A stretch of DNA of 64,000 nucleotides from NCBI GenBank assembly GCA_964016885.1, contig OZ024755.1, positions 44,206,001 to 44,270,000 on the forward strand. The letters run 5' to 3'. The DNA comes from Eledone cirrhosa. Taxonomy: Eukaryota. Position 1 is the stretch's first letter, and each line of letters opens with the position of its first letter. The notes under the pieces were generated by a model. It made no database searches. It was not told where the DNA came from and saw nothing but the letters and a program-made list of their open reading frames with translations. A program made the position numbers and the translations under genes. Below, piece after piece: positions 1 to 13,810 of this stretch.

Positions 1-3000
1 ACCAACATATACTGTGTACTACAGTTGACAGAACCAACATATACAGTGTACCACAGTTGACAGTACCAACATATACTGTGTACCACAGTTGACAGTACCA
101 ACATATACTGTGTAACACAGTTGACAGAACCAACATGTACCGTGAACCACAGTTGACAGTACCAACGTATACTGTTTACCACAGTTGAGAGTACCAACGT
201 ATAGTGTGTACCACAGTTGACAGTACCAACATATACTGTGTACCACAGTTGACAGTACCAACATATACTGTGTACCACAGTTCACAGTACCAACGTATAC
301 TGTGTACCACATTTGACAGTACCAACATATACTGTGTACCACAGTTGACAGTACCAACATATACTGTGTACCACTTTTGACAGTACCAACATATACCGTG
401 TATCACATTTGACAGTACCAACATATACTGTGTACCACTGTTGACAGTACCAACATATACTGTGTACCACAGTTGATAGTACCAACATGTACCGTGTACC
501 ACAGTTGACAGTACCAACGTATACTGTGTACCACAGTTGACAATACCAACATATACTGTGTACCACAGTTGACAGTACCAACATATACTGTGTACCACAG
601 TTGAAAGTACCAACGTATACTGTGTACCACAGTTGACAACACCAACATATACTGTGTACCACAGTTGACAGTACCAACATATACTGTATACCACAGTTGA
701 CAGTACCAACATATACTGTGTACCACAGTAGACAGTACCAACATATACTGTGTACCACAGTTGACAGTACCAACATATACTGTATACCAGAGTTGACAGT
801 ACCAACATATACTGTGTACCACTGTTGACAGTACCAACATATACAGTGTACCACAGTTGACATTACCAACATATACTGTGTACCATAGCTGACAATACCA
901 ACATATACTTGTACCTCAGTTGACAGTACTACCATATATTGTGTACCACCGTTGACAATACCAACGTATACTGTGTACCACAGTTGACAGTACCAACGTA
1001 TACTGTGCACCACAGTTGACAGTACCAACATATACTGTGTACCACAGTTGACAATACCAACATATACTGTGTACCACAGTTGACAATACCAACACATATA
1101 GTGTACCACAGTTGACAATACCAACACATATAGTGTACCACAGTTGACAGTACCAACGTATACTGTGTACCACATTTGCCAATGCCAACATATACTGTGT
1201 ACCACAGTTGAGAGTACCAACATGTACCGTGTACCACAGTTGACAGTACCGACGTATACTGTGTACCACAGTTGACAGTACCAACGTATACTGATTACCA
1301 CAGTTGACAATACCAACATATACTGTGTACCAGAGTTGACAGTACCCACATATACTGTGTACCACAGTTGACAGTTCCAACATATAAGGTGTACCACTGT
1401 TGATACTACCGACATATACTGTGTAGCACAGTTGACAGTACTAACATATACTGCGTACCACATTTGAGAGTACCACCATATACTGGGTACCACTGTTGAC
1501 AGTACCAACATATACTGTGTACCACAGTTGACAGTACCAACATATACTGTGTACCATAGTTGACAGTACCAACATATCCTGTGTACCTCAGTTGACAGTA
1601 CCAACATATACTGTGTACCACAGTTGACAATACCAACATATACTGTGTACCACAGTTTAAAATACCAACACATATAGTGTACCACAGTTGACAATACCAA
1701 CACATATAGTGTACCACAGTTGACAGTACCAACGTATACTGTGTACCACAGTTGCCAATGCCAACATATACTGTGTACCACAGTTGAGAGTACCAACATG
1801 TACCGTGTACCACAGTTGACAGTACCGACGTATACTGTGTACCACAGTTGACAGTACCAACGTATATTGATTACCACAGTTGACAATACCAACATATACT
1901 GTGTACCAGAGTTGACAGTACCCACATATACTGTGTACCACAGTTGACAGTTCCAACATATAAGGTGTACCACTGTTGATACTACCGACATATACTGTGT
2001 AGCACAGTTGACAGTACTAACATATACTGTGTACCACATTTGAGAGTACCACCATATACTGGGTACCACTGTTGACAGTACCAACATATACTGTGTACCA
2101 CAGTTGACAGTACCAACATATACTGTGTACCATATTTGACAGTACCAACATATCCTGTGTACCTCAGTTGTCAGTACCAACATATACTGTATACCACAGT
2201 TGACAGTACCAACATATACTGTGTACCACTGTTGACAGTACCAACATATACCGTGTACCACAGTTGACAGTACCAACATATACTGTGTACCACAGCTGAC
2301 ACTACCAACATATACTTGTACCTCAATTGACAGTACTACCATATATTGTGTACCACCGTTGACAATACCAACGTATACTGTGTACCACAGTTGACAGTAC
2401 CAACGTATACTGTGCACCACAGTTGACAGTACCAACATATACTGTGTACCACAGTTGACAATACCAACATATACTGTGTACCACAGTTGACAATACCAAC
2501 ACATATAGTGTACCACAGTTGACAGTACCAACGTATACTGTGTACCACAGTTGCCAATGCCAACATATACTGTGTACCACAGTTGAGAGTACCAACATGT
2601 ACCGTGTACCACAGTTGACACTACCAACGTATACTGTGTACCACAGTTGACAATACCAACATATACTGTGTACCACAGTTGACAGTACCGACGTATACTG
2701 TGTACCACAGTTGACAGTACCAACGTATACTGATTACCACAGTTGACAATACCAACATATACTGTGTACCAGAGTTGACAGTACCCACATATACTGTGTA
2801 GCACAGTTGACAGTTCCAACATATAAGGTGTACCACTGTTGATACTACCGACATATACTGTGTAGCACAGTTGACAGTACTAACATATACTGTGTACCAC
2901 ATTTGAGAGTACCACCATATACTGGGTACCACTGTTGACAGTACCAACATATACTGTGTACCACAGTTGACAGTACCAACATATACTGTGTACCATAGTT

Positions 3001-6000
3001 GACAGTACCAACATATCCTGTGTACCTCAGTTGTCAGTACCAACATATACTGTATACCACAGTTGACAGTACCAACATATACTGTGTACCACTGTTGACA
3101 GTACCAACATATACCGTGTACCACAGTTGACAGTACCAACATATACTGTGTACCACAGCTGACACTACCAACATATACTTGTACCTCAATTGACAGTACT
3201 ACCATATATTGTGTACCACCGTTGACAATACCAACGTATACTGTGTACCACAGTTGACAGTACCAACGTATACTGTGCACCACAGTTGACAGTACCAACA
3301 TATACTGTGTACCACAGTTGACAATACCAACATATACTGTGTACCACAGTTGACAATACCAACACATATAGTGTACCACAGTTGACAGTACCAACGTATA
3401 CTGTGTACCACAGTTGCCAATGCCAACATATACTGTGTACCACAGTTGAGAGTACCAACATGTACCGTGTACCACAGTTGACACCACCAACGTATACTGT
3501 GTACCACAGTTGACAATACCAACATATACTGTGTACCACAGTTGACAGTACCAACATATACTGTGTACCACAGTTGAAAGTACCAACGTATACTGTGTAC
3601 CACAGTTGACAACACCAACATATACTGTGTACCACATTTGACAGTACCAACATATACTGTATACCACAGTTGACAGTACCAACATATACTGTGTACCACA
3701 GTTGACAGTACCAACATATACTGTGTACCACAGTTAACAGTACCAACATATACTGTATACCACAGTTGACAGTACCAACATATACTGTGTACCACTGTTG
3801 ACAGTACCAACATATACCGTGTACCACAGTTGACAGTACCAACATATACTGTGTACCACAGCTGACACTACCAACATATACTTGTACCTCAGTTGACAGT
3901 ATTACCATATATTGTGTACCACCGTTGACAATACCAACGTATACTGTGTACCACAGTTGACAGTACCAACGTATACTGTGCACCACAGTTGACAGTACCA
4001 AAATATACTGTGTACCACAGTTGACAATACCAACATATACTGTGTACCACAGTTGACAATACCAACACATATAGTGTACCACAGTTGACAGTACCAACGT
4101 ATACTGTGTACCACAGTTGCCAATGCCAACATATACTGTGTACCACAGTTGAGAGTACCAACATATACTGTGTACCACAGTTGACAGTACCAACATATAC
4201 TGTGTACCACAGTTGACAGTACCAACATATACTGTGTACCACAGTTGACAGTACCAATGTATACTGTGTACCACAGTTGACAGTACCAACATATACTGTG
4301 TACCACAGTTGACAGTACCAACATATACTGTGTACCATAGTTGACATTACCAACGTATATTGTGTTCCACAGTTGACAGTACCAACATGTACTGTGTACC
4401 ACAGTTCACAGTACCAACGTATACTGTGTACCACAGTTGACAGTACCAACGTATACTGTGTACCACAGTTGACAGTACCAACATATACTGTGTACCACAG
4501 TTGACAGTACCATCATATACTGTGTACCACAGTTGACAGTACCAACATATATTGTGTACCACAGTTGACAATACCAACATATACTGTGTACCATAGTTGA
4601 CATTACCAACGTATATTGTGTACCACAGTTGACATTACCAACATATCCTGTGTACCTCAGTTGACAGTACCAACATATACTGTATACCACAGTTGACAGT
4701 ACCAACATATACTGTGTACCACTGTTGACAGTACCAATATATACCGTGTACCACAGTTGACAGTACCAACATATACTGTGTACCACAGCTGACACTACCA
4801 ACATATACTTGTACCTCAGTTGACAGTACTACCATATATTGTGTACCACCGTTGACAATACCAACGTATACTGTGTACCACAGTTGACAATACCAACACA
4901 TATAGTGTACCACAGTTGACTGTACCAACGTATATTGTGTACCACAGTTGCCAATGCCAACATATACTGTGTACCACAGTTGAGAGTACCAACATGTACC
5001 GTGTACCACAGTTGACAGTACCAACGTATACTGTGTACCACAGTTGACAATACCAACATATACTGTGTACCACAGTTGACAGTACCAACATATACTGTGT
5101 ACCCTAGTTGAAAGTACCAACGTATACTGTGTACCACAGTTGACAACACCAACATATACTGTGTATCACAGTTGACAGTACCAACATATACTGTATACCA
5201 CAGTTGACAGTACCAACATATACTGTGTACCACAGTTGACAGTACCAACATATACTGTGTACCACAGTTGACAGTACCAACATATACTGTATACCACAGT
5301 TGACAGTACCAACATATACTGTGTACCACTGTTGACAGTACCAACATATACCGTGTACCACAGTTGACAGTACCAACATATACTGTGTACCACAGCTGAC
5401 ACTACCAACATATACTTGTACCTCAGTTGACAGTACTACCATATATTGTGTACCACCGTTGACAATACCAACGTATACTGTGTACCACAGTTGACAGTAC
5501 CAACGTATACTGTGCACCACAGTTGACAGTACCAACATATACTGTGTACCACAGTTGGCAGTACCAACATATAATGTGTACCTCAGTTGACAGTACCAAC
5601 ATATACTGTGTACCACAGTTGACAGTACCAACGTATACTGTGTACCACAGTTGACAGTACCAACGTATACTGTGTACCACAGTTGACAGTACCAATATAT
5701 ACTGTGTAACACAGTTGACAATACCAACATATAATGTGTACCACAGTTGACAGTACCAACGTATACTGTGAACCACTGTTGGCAATACCAACATGTACTG
5801 TGTACTACAGTTGACAGAACCAACATATACAGTGTACCACAGTTGACAGTACCAACATATACTGTGTACCACAGTTGACAGTACCAACATATACTGTGTA
5901 CCACAGTTGACAGAACCAACATGTACCGTGAACCACAGTTGACAGTACCAACGTATACTGTGTACCACAGTTGAGAGTACCAACGTATAGTGTGTACCAC

Positions 6001-9000
6001 AGTTGACAGTACCAACATATACTGTGTACCACAGTTGACAGTACCAACATATACTGTGTACCACAGTTCACAGTACCAACGTATACTGTGTACCACATTT
6101 GACAGTACCAACATATACTGTGTACCACAGTTGACAGTACCAACATATACTGTGTACCACTTTTGACAGTACCAACATATACCGTGTATCACATTTGACA
6201 GTACCAACATATACTGTGTACCACTGTTGACAGTACCAACATATACTGTGTACCACAGTTGACAGTACCAACATGTACCGTGTACCACAGTTGACAGTAC
6301 CAACGTATACTGTGTACCACAGTTGACAATACCAACATATACTGTGTACCACAGTTGACAGTACCAACATATACTGTGTACCACAGTTGAAAGTACCAAC
6401 GTATACTGTGTACCACAGTTGACAACACCAACATATACTGTGTACCACAGTTGACAGTACCAACATATACTGTATACCACAGTTGACAGTACCAACATAT
6501 ACTGTGTACCTCAGTTGACAGTACCAACATATACTGTGTACCACAGTTGACAGTACCAACATATACTGTATACCAGAGTTGACAGTACCAACATATACTG
6601 TGTACCACTGTTGACAGTACCAACATATACAGTGTACCACAGTTGACATTACCAACATATACTGTGTACCACAGCTGACAATACCAACATATACTTGTAC
6701 CTCAGTTGAGAGTACTACCATATATTGTGTACCACCGTTGACAATACCAACGTATACTGTGTACCACAGTTGACAGTACCAACGTATACTGTGCACCACA
6801 GTTGACAGTACCAACATATACTGTGTACCACAGTTGACAATACCAACATATACTGTGTACCACAGTTGACAATACCAACACATATAGTGTACCACAGTTG
6901 ACAATACGAACACATATAGTGTACCACAGTTGACAGTACCAACGTATACTGTGTAACACAGTTGCCAATGCCAACATATACTGTGTACCACAGTTGAGAG
7001 TACCAACGTATACTGTGTACCACAGTTGACAGTACCAACGTATACTGTTTACCACAGTTGACAATACCAACATATACTGTGTACCACAGTTGACAGTACC
7101 CACATATACTGTGTACCACAGTTGACAGTTCCAACATATAAGGTGTACCACTGTTGATACTACCTACATATACTGTGTAGCACAGTTGACAGTACTAACA
7201 TATACTGTGTACCACAGTTGAGAGTACCACCATATACTGGGTACCACTGTTGACAGTACCAACATATACTGTGTACCACAGTTGACAGTACCAACATATA
7301 CTGTGTACCATAGTTGACAGTACCAACATATCCTGTGTACCTCAGTTGTCAGTACCAACATATACTGTATACCACAGTTGACAGTACCAACATATACTGT
7401 GTACCACTGTTGACAGTACCAACATATACCGTGTACCACAGTTGACAGTACCAACATATACTGTGTACCACAGCTGACACTACCAACATATACTTGTACC
7501 TCAATTGACAGTACTACCATATATTGTGTACCACCGTTGACAATACCAACGTAAACTGTGTACCACAGTTGACAGTACCAACGTATACTGTGCACCACAG
7601 TTGACAGTACCAACATATACTGTGTACCACAGTTGACAATACCAACATATACTGTGTACCACAGTTGACAATACCAACACATATAGTGTACCACAGTTGA
7701 CAGTACCAACGTATACTGTGTACTACAGTTGACAATACCAACATATACTGTGTACCACAGTTGACAGTACCAACATATACTGTGTACCACAGTTGAAAGT
7801 ACCAACGTATACTGTGTACCACAGTTGACAACACCAACATATACTGTGTACCACAGTTGACAGTACCAACATATACTGTATACCACAGTTGACAGTACAA
7901 ACATATACTGTGTACCACAGTTGACAGTACCAACATATACTGTGTACCACAGTTGACAGTACCAACATATACTGTATACCACAGTTGACAGTACCAACAT
8001 ATACTGTGTACCACAGCTGACACTACCAACATATACTTGTACCTCAGTTGACAGTATTACCATATATTGTGTACCACCGTTGACAATACCAACGTATATT
8101 GTGTACCACAGTTGACAGTACCAACGTATACTGTGCACCACAGTTGACAGTACGAAAATATACTGTGTACCACAGTTGACAATACCAACATATACTGTGT
8201 ACCACAGTTGACAATACCAACACATATAGTGTACCACAGTTGACAGTACCAACGTATACTGTGTACCACAGTTGCCAATGCCAACATATACTGTGTACCA
8301 CAGTTGAGAGTACCAACATATACGGTGTACCACAGTTGACAGTACCAACATATACTGTGTACCACAGTTGACAGTACCAACATATACTGTGTACCACAGT
8401 TGACAGTACCAATGTATACTGTGTACCACAGTTGACAGTACCAACATATACTGTGTACCACAGTTGACAGTACCAACATATACTGTGTACCATAGTTGAC
8501 ATTACCAACGTATATTGTGTTCCACAGTTGACAGTACCAACATGTACTGTGTACCACAGTTGACAGTACCAACGTATACTGTGTACCACAGTTGACAGTA
8601 CCAACGTATACTGTGTACCACAGTTGACAGTACCAACATATAATGTGTACCACAGTTGACAGTACCATCATATACTGTGTACCACAGTTGACAGTACCAA
8701 CATATATTGTGTACCACAGTTGACAGTACCAACATATACTGTGTACCATAGTTGACATTACCAACGTATATTGTGTACCACAGTTGACAGTACCAACATA
8801 TCCTGTGTACCTCAGTTGACAGTACCATCATATACTGTATACCACAGTTGACAGTACCAACATATACTGTGTACCACTGTTGACAGTACCAATATATACC
8901 GTGTACCACAGTTGACAGTACCAACATATACTGTGTACCACAGCTGACACTACCAAATTATACTTGTACCTCAGTTGACAGTACTACCATATATTGTGTA

Positions 9001-12000
9001 CCACCGTTGACAATACCAACGTATACTGTGTACCACAGTTGACTGTACCAACGTATACTGTGCACCACAGTTGACAGTACCAACATATACTGTGTACCAC
9101 AGTTGACAATACCAACATATACTGTGTACCACAGTTGACAATACCAACACATATAGTGTACCACAGTTGACAGTACCAACGTATATTGTGTACCACAGTT
9201 GCCAATGCCAACATATACTGTGTACCACAGTTGAGAGTACCAACATGTACCGTGTACCACAGTTGACAGTACCAACGTATACTGTGTACCACAGTTGACA
9301 ATACCAACATATACTGTGTACCACAGTTGACAGTACCAACATATACTGTGTACCACAGTTGAAAGTACCAACGTATACTGTGTACCACAGTTGACAACAC
9401 CAACATATACTGTGTATCACAGTTGACAGTACCAACATATACTGTAACCACAGTTGACAGTACCAACATATACTGTGTACCACAGTTGACAGTACCAACA
9501 TATACTGTGTACCACAGTTGACAGTACCAACATATACTGTATACCACAGTTGACAGTACCAACATATACTGTGTACCACTGTTGACAGTACCAACATATA
9601 CTGTGTACCCTAGTTGACATTCCCAACGTATATTGTGTACCACAGTTGACAGTACCAACATGTACTGTGTACCACAGTTGACAGTACCAACGTATACTGT
9701 GTACCACAGTTGACAGTACCAACGTATACTGTGTACCACAGTTGACAGTACCAACGTATACTGTGCACCACAGTTGACAGTACCAACATATACTGTGTAC
9801 CACAGTTGACAATACCAACATATACTGTGTACCACAGTTGACAATACCAACACATATAGTGTACCACAGTTGACAGTACCAACGTATACTGTGTACCACA
9901 GTTGCCAATGCCATCATATACTGTGTACCACAGTTGAGAGTAACAACATATACTGTGTACCACAGTTGACAGTACCAACATATACTGTGTACCACAGTTG
10001 ACAGTACCAACATATACTGTGTACCACAGTTGACAGTACCAATGTATTCTGTGTACCACAGTTGACAGTACCAACATATACTGTGTACCATAGTTGACAT
10101 TACCAACGTATATTGTGTACCACAGTTGACATTACCAACATATCCTGTGTACCTCAGTTGACAGTACCAACATATACTGTATACCACAGTTGACAGTACC
10201 AACATATACTGTGTACCACTGTTGACAGTACCAATATATACCGTGTAACACAGTTGACAGTACCAACATATACTGTGTACCACAGCTGACACTACCAACA
10301 TATACTTGTACCTCAGTTGACAGTACTACCATATATTGTGTACCACCGTTGACAATACCAACGTATACTGTGTACCACAGTTGACAGTACCAACGTATAT
10401 TGTGCACCACAGTTGACAGTACCAACATATACTGTGTACCACAGTTGACAATACCAACATATACTGTGTACCACAGTTGACAATACCAACACATATAGTG
10501 TACCATAGTTGACTGTACCAACGTATATTGTGTACCACAGTTGCCAATGCCAACATATACTGTGTACCACAGTTGAGAGTACCAACATGTACCGTGTACC
10601 ACAGTTGACAGTGCCAACGTATACTGTGTACCACAGTTGACAATACCAACATATACTGTGTACCACAGTTGACAGTACCAACATATACTGTGTACCCTAG
10701 TTGAAAGTACCAACGTATACTGTGTACCACAGTTGACAACACCAACATATACTGTGTATCACAGTTGACAGTACCAACATATACTGTATACCACAGTTGA
10801 CAGTACCAACATATACTGTGTACCACAGTTGACAGTACCAACATATACTGTGTACCACAGTTGACAGTACCAACATATACTGTATACCACAGTTGACAGT
10901 ACCAACATATACTGTGTACCACTGTTGGCAGTACCAACATATACCGTGTACCACAGTTGACAGTACCAACATATACTGTGTACCACAGCTGACACTACCA
11001 ACATATACTTGTACCTCAGTTGACAGTACTACCATATATTGTGTACCACCGTTGACAATACCAACGTATACTGTGTACCACAGTTGACAGTACCAACGTA
11101 TACTATGCACCACAGTTGACAGTACCAACATATACTGTGTACCACAGTTGGCAGTACCAACATATAATGTGTACCTCAGTTGACAGTACCAACATATACT
11201 GTGTACCACAGTTGACAGTACCAACGTATACTGTGTACCACAGTTGACAGTACCAACGTATACTGTGTACCACAGTTGACAGTACCAATATATACTGTGT
11301 AACACAGTTGACAATACCAACATATAATGTGTACCACAGTTGACAGTACCAACGTATACTGTGAATCACTGTTGGCAATACCAACATATACTGTGTACTA
11401 CAGTTGACAGAACCAACATATACAGTGTACCACAGTTGACAGTACCAACATATACTGTGTACCACAGTTGACAGAACCAACATGTACCGTGAACCACAGT
11501 TGACAGTACCAACGTATACTGTGTACCACAGTTGAGAGTACCAACGTATAGTGTGTACCACAGTTGACAGTACCAACATATACTGTGTACCACAGTTGAC
11601 AGTACCAACATATACTGTGTACCACAGTTCACAGTACCAACGTATACTGTGTACCACATTTGACAGTACCAACATATACTGTGTACCACAGTTGACAGTA
11701 CCAACATATACTGTGTACCACTTTTGACAGTACCAACATATACCGTGTATCACATTTGACAGTACCAACATGTACCGTGTACCACAGTTGACAGTACCAA
11801 CGTATACTGTGTACCACAGTTGACAATACCAACATATACTGTGTACCACAGTTGACAGTACCAACATATACTGTGTACCACAGTTGAAAGTACCAACGTA
11901 TACTGTGTACCACAGTTGACAACACCAACATATACTGTGTACCACAGTTGACAGTACCAACATATACTGTATACCACAGTTGACAGTACCAACATATACT

Positions 12001-13810
12001 GTGTACCACAGTTGACAGTACCAACATATACTGTGTACCACAGTTGACAGTACCAACATATACTGTATACCAGAGTTGACAGTACCAACATATACTGTGT
12101 ACCACTGTTGACAGTACCAACATATACAGTGTACCACAGTTGACATTACCAACATATACTGTGTACCACAGCTGACAATACCAACATATACTTGTACCTC
12201 AGTTGAGAGTACTACCATATATTGTGTACCACCGTTGACAATACCAACGTATACTGTGTACCACAGTTGACAGTACCAACGTATACTGTGCACCACAGTT
12301 GACAGTACCAACACATACTGTGTACCACAGTTGACAATACCAACATATACTGTGTACCACAGTTGACAATACCAACACATATAGTGTACCACAGTTGACA
12401 ATACCAACACATATAGTGTACCACAGTTGACAGTACCAACGTATACTGTTTACCACAGTTGACAATACCAACATATACTGTGTACCAGAGTTGACAGTAC
12501 CCACATATACTGTGTACCACAGTTGACAGTTCCAACATATAAGGTGTACCACTGTTGATACTACCGACATATACTGTGTAACACAGTTGACAGTACTAAC
12601 ATATACTGTGTACCACAGTTGAGAGTACCACCATATACTGGGTACCACTGTTGACAGTACCAACATATACTGTGTACCACAGTTGACAGTACCAACATAT
12701 ACTGTGTACCATAGTTGACAGTACCAACATATCCTGTGTACCTCAGTTGTCAGTACCAACATATAGTGTATACCACAGTTGACAGTACCAACATATACTG
12801 TGTACCACTGTTGAGAGTACCAACATATACCGTGTACCACAGTTGACAGTACCAACATATACTGTGTACCACAGCTGACACTACCAACATATACTTGTAC
12901 CTCAATTGACAGTACTACCATATATTGTGTACCACCGTTGACAATACCAACGTATACTGTGTACCACAGTTGACAGTACCAACGTATACTGTGCACCACA
13001 GTTGACAGTACCAACATATACTGTGTACCACAGTTGACAATACCAACATATACTGTGTACCACAGTTGACAATACCAACACATATAGTGTACCACAGTTG
13101 ACAGTACCAACGTATACTGTGTACCACAGTTGCGAATGCCAACATATACTGTGTACCACAGTTGAGAGTACCAACATGTACCGTGTACCACAGTTGACAC
13201 TACCAACGTATACTGTGTACCACAGTTGACAATACCAACATATACTGTGTACCACAGTTGACAGTACCAACATATATTGTGTACCACAGTTGAAAGTACC
13301 AACGTATACTGTGTACCACAGTTGACAACACCAACATATACTGTGTACCACAGTTGACAGTACCAACATATACTGTATACCACAGTTGACAGTACCAACA
13401 TATACTGTGTACCACAGTTGACAGTACCAACATATACTGTGTACCACAGTTGACAGTACCAACATATACTGTATACCACAGTTGACAGTACCAACATATA
13501 CTGTGTACCACTGTTGACAGTACCAACATATACCGTGTACCACAGTTGACAGTACCAACATATACTGTGTACCACAGCTGACACTACCAACATATACTTG
13601 TACCTCAGTTGACAGTATTACCATATATTGTGTACCACCGTTGACAATACCAACGTATACTGTGTACCACAGTTGACAGTACCAACGTATACTGTGCACC
13701 ACAGTTGAGAGTACCAAAATATACTGTGTACCACAGTTGACAATACCAACATATACTGTGTACCACAGTTGACAATACCAACACATATAGTGTACCACAG
13801 TTGACAGTAC
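1..13810 (+). repeat. Sub-family/domain A: ~5.5-5.8 kb higher-order repeat, about 2.4 copies
   Basis: Near-identical ORF translations recur at 19..360 / 5805..6146 (offset 5786), 403..840 / 6189..6626 / ..12123 (offsets 5786, 5497) and 5166..5411 / 10759..11004 (offset 5593). Diagnostic variants are TTCCAACATATAAGGTG (1375, 1951, 2814, 7129, 12530) and GACAACACCAAC (~635, 3608, 5142, 6421, 7828, 9393, 10735, 11918, 13324). Confidence 0.8.
1080..3480 (+). repeat. Nested local duplications of 576 bp (18 monomers) and 863 bp (27 monomers minus 1 bp)
   Basis: The marker TTCCAACATATAAGGTGTACCACTGTTGATACTACCGAC occurs at 1375, 1951 (+576) and 2814 (+863). ORF ends at 2323 and 3186 also differ by 863. 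Confidence 0.8.

Noticed and set aside
10893-11087. Plus-strand ORFs (also 14569..14892, 27333..27527, 51753..51977), or a TGA-recoded (Trp/Sec) giant repeat protein
   Set aside because: These short ORFs exist only where a variant removes the TGA of GTTGAC. Frequent 1-bp indels and the absence of any unique coding or SECIS-like sequence give no support for recoding.
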